The translations under genes and the position numbers were made by a program. Below are positions 1 through 8,841 of a DNA stretch of 21,602 nt, piece by piece (positions within the stretch are counted from its first letter, which is position 1; each line of letters opens with the position of its first letter). Where the stretch lies: assembly GCA_050633305.1 (NCBI GenBank), contig JBOEGF010000068.1, forward strand, positions 159 to 21,760, given 5' to 3'. The notes beneath the pieces are model-generated. The model had not been told where the DNA came from. It ran no database searches and was given only the letters and a program-made list of their open reading frames with translations. Source of the stretch: Nannocystales bacterium. GTDB taxonomy: Bacteria; Myxococcota_A; Polyangia; Nannocystales; Nannocystaceae.

Positions 1-77
1 GAGAGCTGGCCGGCGGTCCAGCTTGAAAACTTGCTGGAAATTTTGTTGGTCGGGTTGCCTAGGTTAGGTGGTTCCTC

Positions 78-827
78 GTGATCGTCACCGTACTCAACCA
101 GAGGGGCGGGTCTGGAAAGACCACCGTCGTCGAGAGCCTGGCGGTGGCATGGATGCTCGCCGGAAAACGGGTTCTCGTCATCAATACCGACACGCTTAAG
201 ACCGTCGATAGATGGGCTGCGAGAGGTGTTGTTACCGGTGCCGCGCATCTTCCGACGGTGATCAACATCCTCGAATGGCGCCTTCTCGCAAGGCAGGCCC
301 GTGACGTGGCGAGCGGGTACGATCGTGTCCTCATCGACACCCCTGCCAACTCCACTGAGGTCCCTCTGGCGGCGTTGGGCGTTTGCGACCTGGCTCTTGT
401 CCCGGTTCGACCTGGGGGCTCCGACCTCGACTGTGTCGAGGCCTCGTACGCCCTGATCGAAATGGCTTCAGCAAGTATCAACCCGTCTCTTACGACGCGG
501 GTTCTTCTGAACGGCGTGACGATGTCGACGAGGATTGGTCGTGACCACCGTGGCGCCATGGAGGAGTTCTCCCGGCTCCCGCTCCTGAGAACTCAGCTTG
601 ACGCGAAGACGGTCTACGTCGAGGCGCAGACCGCCGGCGAGACGCCCCTTACGTACGGCCGAAACACGGCCGCAAAGAACCAACTCCTGAACCTCGCCCA
701 AGAGATCGACGAAATTCTGGAACAACGAGATGGCTACAGCAACACCACGGATCGCCCCGAAGACGATAGATGTCGAGACGCTGATCGAGCAGCGGCTGGG
801 GATCCCGGCCAGCGCAGCGTCGCCTAG
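78..827 (+). CDS. parA: ParA family partition ATPase (short, plasmid type Ib-like)
   Basis: N-terminal deviant Walker A 'LNQRGGSGKTT', Walker B 'YDRVLIDTP', 'CDLALVPVRP', 'RVLLN'; GTG start preceded by AGGTGG; no N-terminal HTH. The last ~30 codons overlap the next gene. Confidence 0.9.
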   Translation: MIVTVLNQRGGSGKTTVVESLAVAWMLAGKRVLVINTDTLKTVDRWAARGVVTGAAHLPTVINILEWRLLARQARDVASGYDRVLIDTPANSTEVPLAALGVCDLALVPVRPGGSDLDCVEASYALIEMASASINPSLTTRVLLNGVTMSTRIGRDHRGAMEEFSRLPLLRTQLDAKTVYVEAQTAGETPLTYGRNTAAKNQLLNLAQEIDEILEQRDGYSNTTDRPEDDRCRDADRAAAGDPGQRSVA

Positions 828-1089
828 TCTGGTTCCCGCCCCTGGGCCGGCTCTTCAAGAAGAGCCGGAAACGGAGAACCCCGCGCAGGTGAAAACGAAG
901 CGAGCGAAGACGAAGCGAGCGAAGAAACCTGCTCCTAAGCCCGAAAAAGAAGGCGATCGTCGACAAGCATCGACGTACATCTCGAAGGAGCTGCACACGA
1001 CGTACAAGCTCGCCTCCGTCCGGGGAGGCTGCCACATGTTCGAGTTGTTCGAGAAGGCCCTAGAGGCCTACCTGCCGCAGTTGCCTTGA
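730..1089 (+). CDS. Putative ParG/omega-like ribbon-helix-helix partition protein
   Basis: Directly follows parA; disordered Pro/Lys-rich N-terminal half, then 'RRQASTYISKELHTTYKLASVRGGCHMFELFEKALEAYL' with a beta-alpha-alpha RHH pattern. Confidence 0.7.
   Translation: MATATPRIAPKTIDVETLIEQRLGIPASAASPSLVPAPGPALQEEPETENPAQVKTKRAKTKRAKKPAPKPEKEGDRRQASTYISKELHTTYKLASVRGGCHMFELFEKALEAYLPQLP
895..924 (+). repeat. 15-bp in-frame tandem duplication (TKRAK x2)
   Basis: ACGAAGCGAGCGAAG twice, at 895-909 and 910-924. Confidence 0.9.
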
Positions 1090-1118
1090 GAGGGTGGCGA
1101 GTCTTCCAGCTCGTCAGA

Positions 1119-1892
1119 TCAGAAGCGGACAGAAAGCGGCGTAAGGTTCGTGAGACGATCGTTGTGCCGCTTCTTGTTGACGCGTAGCAAGATCACCCCC
1201 GTCACGATGCCAGCGACGCCCAGTGCAGGTGCTGCGTAGGCGATGTTCGGCACTCGGTTGCTGTCGTTGGCGATGGCGACGGGAAGGCCGATAGCGGAGC
1301 CAAACAAAATGCTGCCTCCAACACAGATGGAGGCGATCCCTCCGGCAAAGAGAGACGTGTCCTGGTGTGCTGGCCAGGTTTGCTCGTCAACGATGATGGG
1401 CTCTGGTTCTGCGGGAGGGGCGGGCTCAGGAAGGGGCGGAGGCGGTTCAGGAGGCAGGTCCAGCTCGAGTACTGGTTCGGGTTCCTCGAATATCGCCGGA
1501 AGGTGTGCTGCGAGTCGCCGATCGAGTTCGTCGAGGAGTTCGGGAGCTGAGCACGAACACTCGAAGGTCTCCACGCGTTTAGGTGCGGACTCCGTGTTTC
1601 TGGCAGCGGAGAGCTGAACCTCGTAGTCGGTCGGCCTCTTCTCGGACCTTCCGATTCGGATCAAAAGGAGCCTCGGAGAGCCGCCGTCTCCCACCGAAAA
1701 CCCTTCGTCTGCCAGGACGGTCGCCACCCGTTCTGTGACCACCTCTCGGACTTGGTCGTCATCCTCTGCTCCAAGGGCCGAGGTGACCCGCACTGTGACG
1801 GCCCTCGATGTCGCCGATGCTTCTGGAGAGGCCTCGTCCGCAGGGGAGGGTTGGACGACCCTCAGGAGAAGCGAGAGCGCGATCGTATTCAT
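1119..1892 (-). CDS. Exported/membrane protein with C-terminal hydrophobic hairpin (257 aa); paralog of 3412..4215
   Basis: Start reassigned to ATG 1892 (ATGA overlap with the upstream stop at 1889-1891); hydrophobic N-terminus MNTIALSLLL, alpha/beta domain with 'TFECSC', Pro-rich linker, two Gly-rich hydrophobic helices, ends in ..VRF. Confidence 0.8.
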   Translation of the reverse strand: MNTIALSLLLRVVQPSPADEASPEASATSRAVTVRVTSALGAEDDDQVREVVTERVATVLADEGFSVGDGGSPRLLLIRIGRSEKRPTDYEVQLSAARNTESAPKRVETFECSCSAPELLDELDRRLAAHLPAIFEEPEPVLELDLPPEPPPPLPEPAPPAEPEPIIVDEQTWPAHQDTSLFAGGIASICVGGSILFGSAIGLPVAIANDSNRVPNIAYAAPALGVAGIVTGVILLRVNKKRHNDRLTNLTPLSVRF

Positions 1893-3409
1893 GGGGTATC
1901 TGCCCCAGCGTGGTCGGCTGTACCGTCGACGTTCGGGCGAGCGTCGCCCTCGAAGTCGAACGGCGGGTCGCCGATAAGCCACGCGGCGATGTCGGCGAAC
2001 TCTGTTTGACCTGTGGGGCTCAGTCTAAAATCTCCTCCCGCGGCGTTCACGAACCAACCCGTGTTGAGAGGTCCGACGTTTTCGTTTTCGGCGCCGGCAA
2101 GAACTCCGTCTGACGCGCTGTTAGAGGCATCGATAACGCCACACGAAACGGAGCTGGCATCTTGGCCAACGAGGATAGAGTTTCGAACCAGAGCAGAACC
2201 TCCGCTACAGGTCAGAGACTGAGGGCCGCTTCCGTCGTTGGCGATGACGCTCGAGTAGAGGAGCGTTAGGTCCCCGGCGGTTTGGATGCCTTCTGTTGCA
2301 GCTAGGCCGCTTCCATTGAGGCCGATGATGCAGTTCCTGAGCTGGGCAGACGTGCCCGAGGCGAGGGTGACGCCGCCGCCGGCGTTCTGGGCGACCTGGG
2401 TGCTGTCCGCGAATAGCGATGCGCCCGAGGTGACGGCGATGCCTACGTCGTCGCTGTCCTCCAGTCGAATGCGATGGAGGAAGGCGGTCGTGCTGTTGCC
2501 CGTCACGGTGAGAACAGGGGCTGTGTTCCCGTTGATTGCCCGAACGGCGGAGGAGTTGGAGACGATGGCGATGGTTTTGCCGCCGTCGACGGCTGCGGTG
2601 TGGAGGCCCGAGCCGCCCGTGATGACGATGGCGTGCTCGGCTCCGTCGGCCACGGTGTCGATGGCGTTCTGGAGGGCGTTGGCAGAGCTGAGGCTGACTT
2701 CGGTGACGGCTTGGGGGTCGAAGCAGGCGCCCGTGGTGAGGTTGCAGGCTGGGCTTCCGATGTCCTGGCACTCTTCGTGGAAGGAGCAGGCGACGCACGT
2801 GTTGCTCTCCGCATCGCACAGAGGCGTCGTGTCGCCGCACGCACTCGCATCCTCGACGGTGCACTGGACGCAGGCGTCGTCCACACACAACGGTGCGGCT
2901 TCATCCAGTCCTGCGCAGGCCTCGTCGGGCGAGACATCGACCGACGCGGAGCAGGGGGAGCACGTCTGCTCGATGCAGAAGGGGAGGGCTGGGTCCATGC
3001 ACTCGGGGTTGCCCATGCACTCGGGCCCCGTCGTGGTCGTGAGGTCGTCGGTCTCGGCGTTGGTCTCCGTCTCGTCCTCTGTGGTCGAACTCGGTTCGTC
3101 CGTCGTCGACCCACTGCTGCTGGACTCGGTAGGGTTGGTCGGATCGACGCAAGCGTCTCCGTTGTCGACGCCGCACGGCGAGGAACACTCTGGAGGAGGC
3201 GCCTCGGCGACGCAGCCGTTGCTGAACTCGCCAAGGTTTGCAGCCTCGAAACACTCATCGAACCCGAGGACGCAGTAGGGGTGCTCCGGGTCTTCGCGGG
3301 CGCAGTAGGCGTCTCCGTCGTTGTTGCCGCAGTAGTGGGGCAAGAGGTACGTCTTGTCGGAGCATCCGGCGAGGGCAAGGACGGGGAGAAGTAGAGCGAG
3401 ACGGTGCAT
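1889..3409 (-). CDS. Cys-rich lipoprotein with right-handed parallel beta-helix region and choice-of-anchor-Q-like tail (506 aa)
   Basis: Start reassigned to ATG 3409: MHRLALLLPVLALAG-C lipobox; repeated Cys modules (C..P.C....C..C); Ser/Thr/Glu linker; GI/GV-rich beta-helix-like turns; C-terminal 'FVNAAGGDFRLSP...PFDFEGDARP...DHAGAD'. Confidence 0.8.
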   Translation of the reverse strand: MHRLALLLPVLALAGCSDKTYLLPHYCGNNDGDAYCAREDPEHPYCVLGFDECFEAANLGEFSNGCVAEAPPPECSSPCGVDNGDACVDPTNPTESSSSGSTTDEPSSTTEDETETNAETDDLTTTTGPECMGNPECMDPALPFCIEQTCSPCSASVDVSPDEACAGLDEAAPLCVDDACVQCTVEDASACGDTTPLCDAESNTCVACSFHEECQDIGSPACNLTTGACFDPQAVTEVSLSSANALQNAIDTVADGAEHAIVITGGSGLHTAAVDGGKTIAIVSNSSAVRAINGNTAPVLTVTGNSTTAFLHRIRLEDSDDVGIAVTSGASLFADSTQVAQNAGGGVTLASGTSAQLRNCIIGLNGSGLAATEGIQTAGDLTLLYSSVIANDGSGPQSLTCSGGSALVRNSILVGQDASSVSCGVIDASNSASDGVLAGAENENVGPLNTGWFVNAAGGDFRLSPTGQTEFADIAAWLIGDPPFDFEGDARPNVDGTADHAGADTP

Positions 3410-3411
3410 GG

Positions 3412-4215
3412 CTAGAACGTTCCTGTGAGCACGATGCCAGTGGTGCCGAAGGTAGGGCCGAGAGTGACGCTGGGTTTGCTGTCTCGCTTCTTCTGTCGCC
3501 GGGCGTCGACGATGACCATCGTCAGGCCGGCGGCGAGCGCTGCTCCGCCTGCCGCCGTCAGTACGATGCCGGGAGTGCGCATGGGGTGAGTGTCGGTGCC
3601 AGAGCGACGGCCTTGCGTGTCTGGGGCTGCGTTCGTCTCCTCGCGTGTGAGGAAAAATGCTCCGCCTCCGACGAGACCAACGCCAACGACTCCGATCGCG
3701 ACCCCGCTCCACCCAACCGCTGAGAGCGCCTTCTTTCGAGGCTGGTCCTCTGTCGTTGGTGTCTGGTCTACGGGGGGCGGCGGGGCCTCTTTCTTCGGTG
3801 CAGGTTGCTCCAACAGCGGGACAAGGGTTGGCATCTCTTCGATGATGCGTTCGGCTGCCCCTGGGGCGAACTCGCAGTCCTTGCAGATGAAGGAGCGCGT
3901 CTCGGCGGGTGCATCGGCTTTCGAGATTTCGACCTCAATGCGGATGTCGGTGCTGTCGTCGCCACCCGCCCAAGAGATGGTCGCCTTGAACGTCGCCGCT
4001 TCTCCCATGGTGATGAGAGGGATGTGGTAGGCGCGGAACTCTTCGCCAAGCCGCGTTGCGATGATGTCTTCCCATAACGAAGCATCTTCGGTGCTGCTCT
4101 GCTCGGAGATGGCGGATGCATCTATCTCGAGGCGGGTGTTGGGGAACAGCGCCTCGGGGTCCTCCGCGGGGGCGGCAGCGACGATGCTGGTGGCGAGAAG
4201 GTTGTGGAGGAGCAT
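3412..4215 (-). CDS. Exported/membrane protein with C-terminal hydrophobic hairpin (267 aa)
   Basis: Signal-like MLLHNLLATSIVAAAP, domain with 'SFICKDC', Pro-rich linker, two Gly-rich TM-like helices, ends 'GIVLTGTF'; 2-12 bp from its neighbours. Confidence 0.8.
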   Translation of the reverse strand: MLLHNLLATSIVAAAPAEDPEALFPNTRLEIDASAISEQSSTEDASLWEDIIATRLGEEFRAYHIPLITMGEAATFKATISWAGGDDSTDIRIEVEISKADAPAETRSFICKDCEFAPGAAERIIEEMPTLVPLLEQPAPKKEAPPPPVDQTPTTEDQPRKKALSAVGWSGVAIGVVGVGLVGGGAFFLTREETNAAPDTQGRRSGTDTHPMRTPGIVLTAAGGAALAAGLTMVIVDARRQKKRDSKPSVTLGPTFGTTGIVLTGTF

Positions 4216-4227
4216 CAGGGGGCGGTC

Positions 4228-6711
4228 CTAGGGAGAGAGGGAGATTCGCTTGTTGCAGAACTTCGCGGTGCGATGATCGCCGACCTTGGTCGCGAGTTCT
4301 ACACACGCCGCGTACTTGCCGGCGTTTCGTAGTGCTTCGAGGCGAAGCTTCCGGCGCTCCTGCTGGTCGGACCAGCAGGAGGCGTTCTTGGTGGCTCGCA
4401 GAACTCCGCTCCAGTCTTGGCGTTTGGTCGCAGCACGGGCCTGTTTGCTGCGTCCTGAACAACTCGTCTTCGGTGCCTCGATGGGGTCTGGCGGGCGCAC
4501 GGAAGGAGTCGAGGGGTGATCCGGGAGAATGGTGCGGGCGGCGGACGGGGGCAGCTCGGGGGGTGTTTTGGGGCGCGCGGGCGGATCGAGCTTCGCCGGG
4601 GCGGCGAGGGGGGGCGCAGGCGGGGGCTCTGTTGTTGCCGCAGGCTGTTGGGTTGGTGCCACAGGGGAGATGAGGGCCGCCTGAGTGGGCGCGCGGGATG
4701 GGGGGCCCGGGTTCAGGATCGGGGGTGGCTGCCCGTTCGTTGGCATCATGAGTTTCACGAGGGCTACGACGAGGAGCAGCCCAGCAACGCCGAGCACAGC
4801 GTAGGGCAGAGCGCGGGATGGCCCATGCTTTGGCGGGGAGGCTGGTGTGTCAGCGGGAGCGCTTGCTTCTGCGAGGATGCTGTCTGGAGTCTCGAAAACC
4901 TCGGTCATCGCAGGGATCGGCATGGCCATCGAGGCGAGGGATTCTTCCAGCGTGCGGATCACAGAGGAAAGCGGGGGGCGTTCAGACGCGTCGGGCTGAA
5001 TGCATGCGTTCACCAGGTCGATGAGCCTCGCGGGAGCGTCGGGAAACTTGCTTGAGGCGAGGAGGGGAGCATCGAGGTGATTTCGAGATTGCAGCGCGAT
5101 GAAGATGTCTCGGTCGATGTACTCGGGAAAAGGCGCTCGGGCAGTTAGCATCTGGAACACGAGGACGCCGAACGCGTAGATGTCCATCGCGTGGGTTGCG
5201 GGCTCGGCTCGAGCTTGTTCGGGGGACATTGCTTGCGATGCTCCTGCGACCTCTCCGTGGCGCGTTCGCCTATCGGGGTGGCCGCGGGGGACTCTGGGCG
5301 AGTCCGACCATGCGCTGTGACCGAAGTCGATGAGAACGACTCGTCTGCCTTCATCGTCGACCAGAACGTTCGAGGGCGTGATGTCGCGGTGGATGACGCC
5401 TGCGCGGTGGCACTCGCGTAGCGCCAATGCCACCTGCATCGCGATGTCTGTGACGCGGCGTGCGGAGATAGGAGCTTCAGCGATGAGGTCTGCAACGCTC
5501 TCCCCTTGGATTTGTTCGAGTGCAAGGTATGGCCAGTCGAGCCCCGGAAGTCGCCCGTGCTCGATGAGTCCAATGATGTTCGCGTGCGGTCCAATGCGGC
5601 GCAGGGCCTTTGCTTCTTGGTCGAAGAGAGCCTCTCGTTCGGGGCGTCCCTTGTAGCGCTCGATGAGCACCTTGAGTGCGATGGTTGTGTCGTTCCGGGT
5701 GTCGTGGGCGGAGTAGACGGTCGCGCAGCCCCCTCGGCCGATCTGGGAGATGACCGAGTAGTGGCCGAGTTGCATTCCCGAGCGCGGTCTCTGTGTTGCC
5801 TTGGTGGACTTTGGGCGAGAGGGGGCCTCGTCTTCGTCCTTCAGGGGGGCGACCGTCTCGAGTTCGTCAGCAAATGCAGAGGCTGTGAGAGGCCGATCTT
5901 CGGGTGCGTAGGCAAGGCATCGGTCGACAAAGTCAGCAAGCGGTCCCGGGAGACCTGGCCGGCGTCTGCGGATGGCGATTGGCTTGGCGTCTGGCTTGGA
6001 TCGTCGCTGGATGGACTCGCGGGCAGACAGGTCCGAGTAGGCGCAGTCGCCTACGAGGGCCTCGTAGAGCGTCATTCCCATCGCGTAGACGTCCCAGGAA
6101 GTCGATGGCTGGCCTCCGAGGATTTGCTCGGGGGCCATGTAGTGCCGAGTGCCTGGTAGCTCATGGGCGCGGGTCAGGTTGCTCGATGAGGGGGGTGGCT
6201 GCTGCTCGCCAATCCGTCGGGCGTGTCCAAAGTCAAGGAGCGACACGGTGTCGTCGTGTCCGAGCATGATGTTGGACGGCTTGATGTCGCGGTGCAGTAC
6301 GCCGGCCTCGTGAACTTTGGCGACGACCCTGGCGAGTTGCACGAGCACAGATGAGGCGTGCTGAGGAGAAAGCGGGCCGGACGTGAGCTTGTAGTCGAGT
6401 TCTTCGCCTTCGAGAAAAGGGAACGCGATGTAGGGGCGCTGGTCGAGTTCAGGGAGCGTGCCGTGGTCGAGGGCAGGCGTTATGCCGTCGATGTAGCGGA
6501 GCGCTCGGCCGAAGTTGAACTCGTGTTCGAGTCGCTTGACCTCGTAAGGATTTCGAGCGCGAGCGGCAAGAAGAACCTTGAGGGCAACTTCTTGTCCGTT
6601 GGCCTCCCGGGCTCGATAGACACTCGCGCTTCCGCCAATGCCAACGCAGGCGATGACCTCGTACCGACCATCAAGGACGAGTGTGCCGGGCCGAATCTCC
6701 TCTTGGATCAT
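4228..6711 (-). CDS. Membrane Hanks-type Ser/Thr protein kinase with two tandem kinase domains (827 aa)
   Basis: Start reassigned to ATG 6711 (GAGGG RBS, ATGA overlap). Domain 1: GIGGSASVY, VALK, HRDIKPSN, DFGH, GTRHYMAPE, DVYAMG. Domain 2: GRGGCATVY, IALK, HRDITPSN, DFGH, GASQAMSPE, DIYAFG. Then a TM (AVLGVAGLLLVVALV), Pro-rich stalk and a 4-Cys helical C-terminal domain. Confidence 0.92.
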   Translation of the reverse strand: MIQEEIRPGTLVLDGRYEVIACVGIGGSASVYRAREANGQEVALKVLLAARARNPYEVKRLEHEFNFGRALRYIDGITPALDHGTLPELDQRPYIAFPFLEGEELDYKLTSGPLSPQHASSVLVQLARVVAKVHEAGVLHRDIKPSNIMLGHDDTVSLLDFGHARRIGEQQPPPSSSNLTRAHELPGTRHYMAPEQILGGQPSTSWDVYAMGMTLYEALVGDCAYSDLSARESIQRRSKPDAKPIAIRRRRPGLPGPLADFVDRCLAYAPEDRPLTASAFADELETVAPLKDEDEAPSRPKSTKATQRPRSGMQLGHYSVISQIGRGGCATVYSAHDTRNDTTIALKVLIERYKGRPEREALFDQEAKALRRIGPHANIIGLIEHGRLPGLDWPYLALEQIQGESVADLIAEAPISARRVTDIAMQVALALRECHRAGVIHRDITPSNVLVDDEGRRVVLIDFGHSAWSDSPRVPRGHPDRRTRHGEVAGASQAMSPEQARAEPATHAMDIYAFGVLVFQMLTARAPFPEYIDRDIFIALQSRNHLDAPLLASSKFPDAPARLIDLVNACIQPDASERPPLSSVIRTLEESLASMAMPIPAMTEVFETPDSILAEASAPADTPASPPKHGPSRALPYAVLGVAGLLLVVALVKLMMPTNGQPPPILNPGPPSRAPTQAALISPVAPTQQPAATTEPPPAPPLAAPAKLDPPARPKTPPELPPSAARTILPDHPSTPSVRPPDPIEAPKTSCSGRSKQARAATKRQDWSGVLRATKNASCWSDQQERRKLRLEALRNAGKYAACVELATKVGDHRTAKFCNKRISLSP

Positions 6712-8723
6712 CGGCGTCCCTCTTGGAGTCGGAGGCCTGATTTCTCGACCTGCACAACATAGGAGCGCCCATGTTTGAGCAAGATCCGCTTCTGAGACCA
6801 CGTTTTGTCCGGCGGAAATCTCCATCGAACCTTGACGGAGCCCGCGCGGACTTTGAGCGTCTTCGTTGACGAGAGGTCGATGGTTTTGCCTCTGACTTGG
6901 ATCTCGGCTCGGCTGAAGCCCGCGCGGAGCGTTAGCTTGCTTGTGCCAGGGGCGGTGGGAGTGGGGTTGCTCTGCTCAGGGGTGGCTTCTGGTTCAGGGG
7001 GTTCTTCTGCCGTGGGGGTCTCTTCTGCTGGTGCTGTTTGGGGGGCGGCTATCGGGGCGGGGGCTTGGGGTTGTGGCTCTGCGGGGTCCGGTATCTCGAG
7101 GGGGGGTGATGGTGCTTCCTTCTGCCTTGTCTGCTCGGGTGGTGCGTGCCGGGGCTTTTGAGGTGCGGTTTCCCGGGGCGGCGATGCTGTTCGATGGCCT
7201 TCGATTTCAGAGGTGTTTCCGATGATCACGAAGGCTGTGAGTGCCGCGAGGGCTCCTGTCGCGATCGTGGCGGCGACGACAAGGGGCCAGCGTCGAGGTG
7301 TTCGCTCGACAGGAGTGTCTTCTGCCGTCGTGGTGTTGGCCGTCGTGGTGGGAAACTCGGGCGGCGTGGGGAGGATTTCGGTTGGCGGTCTCGGGTGTGG
7401 AGGAGGTTCGACCTCTTCGATCGCCTGCATGAGCGGGACTGTGTAGCCTCGCTCGTCACGGACCTCTGCGTCTGTTGTGTGGAGGCGGAGGCGTTCTGTC
7501 GATGGGATCGGTGTTGGCTGGTTCGCCTGGGGTGCTGGTGCTGCCTGGGGTGGAGGCCGCTCGTCTTCCTCGCGAGTAAGTGCCACGGGGAGACCCGATG
7601 GGGTGTGCGGGCGCCGTGGTTTCACTGTCGGGAGGACCGAGGCGGGGTCCGGGGCGGGGTCCGGGGCGGGGTCCGGGGCAGGCGGGATATCTGCGGGGTC
7701 GAGAGTGGGAGGGCCGAGAGGACTGTGGACCGCTTTTGCAGCGGCCATGGTCTTGAACAGTTCGCTGGGGACCTCGAAGCCTTCGTCGACGATCGTCGAG
7801 CCCGAGCGTCGGGCAAGGAGCTCGAAGTGGCGGGTAAAGAGAGCCTTTAGGGCGACGTTCCGGGGTTTTGAGTGCTCCTCGAGGAGCGTGAGGACATCCG
7901 AGAGCTTGATTCGCTCCTCGGGGTCGGGGTGAAGGCCTCGCTCGATCAAGGTGCGAAGAAATCCAGGCACGTTCTCGCGAGTCAGGGGGGGCACGTTGCC
8001 CTGCATGACCTCTGCCCAGAGTTGTTGCTGGCCGAACCCTGTGCGAAAGGTTCGGCCCTCCAGCATCTCCCAAAGAATGGTGTGGAGCCCGAAGACGTCC
8101 GAGGCGGCGCAGGGCTCCCCGGCGGCATGCTCGGGCGCTAAGTAGTTCAGCGTGCCCTTGATGATGCTTGCGCTGCTTGCTCCCCTCTGGAGAGTTTCTT
8201 CGGACCGGACGATACCGAAATCTATGAGGTACACGTCACCCGACCCATCGATCATGACGTTTTTGGAGGCCATGTCGCGGTGCAGCACGTTCATGCGGCG
8301 GCCTGCGTAGGTGAAGACGTGGGCGTAGTTGAGTGCGAGTGCGACCTCTCGGAAGATGTGCGCGGCGAGCTCGAAGTCGAGCTGCTTCCTTTTGTTTGAG
8401 AGTTCGTCGAGGAACTGGCGGAGGCTGACTCCGGAGAGCAGTTGCATGACGACGTACGGGAGGCCCTCGTGGATGCCCCACGTGTCGATCTTTGGAATCC
8501 GGCTGCACCGAAACTTCGCCATCACCTCGGCTTCGTTGCGAAAGCCCTGGAGAACCTCGTCATCATGGACGACGGCGAGTCGCGGGAACTTGATCGCTAC
8601 GTTGATGGCCTCGCCGTTGTCCAGGACCTTGTGGGCCTTGAAAACCATGCCCATGCCCCCAGTGTTGAGCTGCGGACCGATCTTGTAGGGGCCGATCGTG
8701 GCGCCTGGGGTCACATCTTTCAT
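6708..8723 (-). CDS. Membrane Hanks-type Ser/Thr protein kinase with C-terminal PEGA-like beta domain (671 aa)
   Basis: Start reassigned to ATG 8723 (MKDVTPGATIGPY), downstream of the sigma-54 promoter; GGMGMVF, VAIK, HRDMASKN, DFG, GTLNYLAPE, SDVFGL; TM 'WPLVVAATIATGALAALTAFVII'; Pro-rich linker; beta-rich tail. Confidence 0.92.
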   Translation of the reverse strand: MKDVTPGATIGPYKIGPQLNTGGMGMVFKAHKVLDNGEAINVAIKFPRLAVVHDDEVLQGFRNEAEVMAKFRCSRIPKIDTWGIHEGLPYVVMQLLSGVSLRQFLDELSNKRKQLDFELAAHIFREVALALNYAHVFTYAGRRMNVLHRDMASKNVMIDGSGDVYLIDFGIVRSEETLQRGASSASIIKGTLNYLAPEHAAGEPCAASDVFGLHTILWEMLEGRTFRTGFGQQQLWAEVMQGNVPPLTRENVPGFLRTLIERGLHPDPEERIKLSDVLTLLEEHSKPRNVALKALFTRHFELLARRSGSTIVDEGFEVPSELFKTMAAAKAVHSPLGPPTLDPADIPPAPDPAPDPAPDPASVLPTVKPRRPHTPSGLPVALTREEDERPPPQAAPAPQANQPTPIPSTERLRLHTTDAEVRDERGYTVPLMQAIEEVEPPPHPRPPTEILPTPPEFPTTTANTTTAEDTPVERTPRRWPLVVAATIATGALAALTAFVIIGNTSEIEGHRTASPPRETAPQKPRHAPPEQTRQKEAPSPPLEIPDPAEPQPQAPAPIAAPQTAPAEETPTAEEPPEPEATPEQSNPTPTAPGTSKLTLRAGFSRAEIQVRGKTIDLSSTKTLKVRAGSVKVRWRFPPDKTWSQKRILLKHGRSYVVQVEKSGLRLQEGRR
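7641..7676. repeat. 12-bp in-frame tandem repeat x3 (PDPA)
   Basis: GGCGGGGTCCGG x3 within the kinase linker. Confidence 0.9.
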
Positions 8724-8770
8724 GGCATCCGGCCGTCGGTGAGGATCTCGCGCATGCTTCCGAACGTCAA

Positions 8771-8786
8771 AGCAGGATGCGTGCCA
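8771..8786 (-). promoter_or_regulatory. sigma-54 (-24/-12) promoter for the kinase operon
   Basis: Minus strand reads TGGCACGCATCCTGCT: exact GG-N10-GC spacing, one mismatch to TGGCACG-N4-TTGCW; ~48 bp upstream of ATG 8723, next to a sigma-54 activator gene. Confidence 0.85.
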
Positions 8787-8841
8787 CTTTCTCGCGCAGT
8801 AGTGTTGGCTCATGGCGTTGAAACCGCAGCCCTCTGGAGCC

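Noticed and set aside
2286..3394. Long antisense and alternate-frame ORFs (e.g. 2286..3278, 2474..3394, 13641..14603, 19289..20179)
   Set aside because: Shadow ORFs expected opposite high-GC genes; no motifs.
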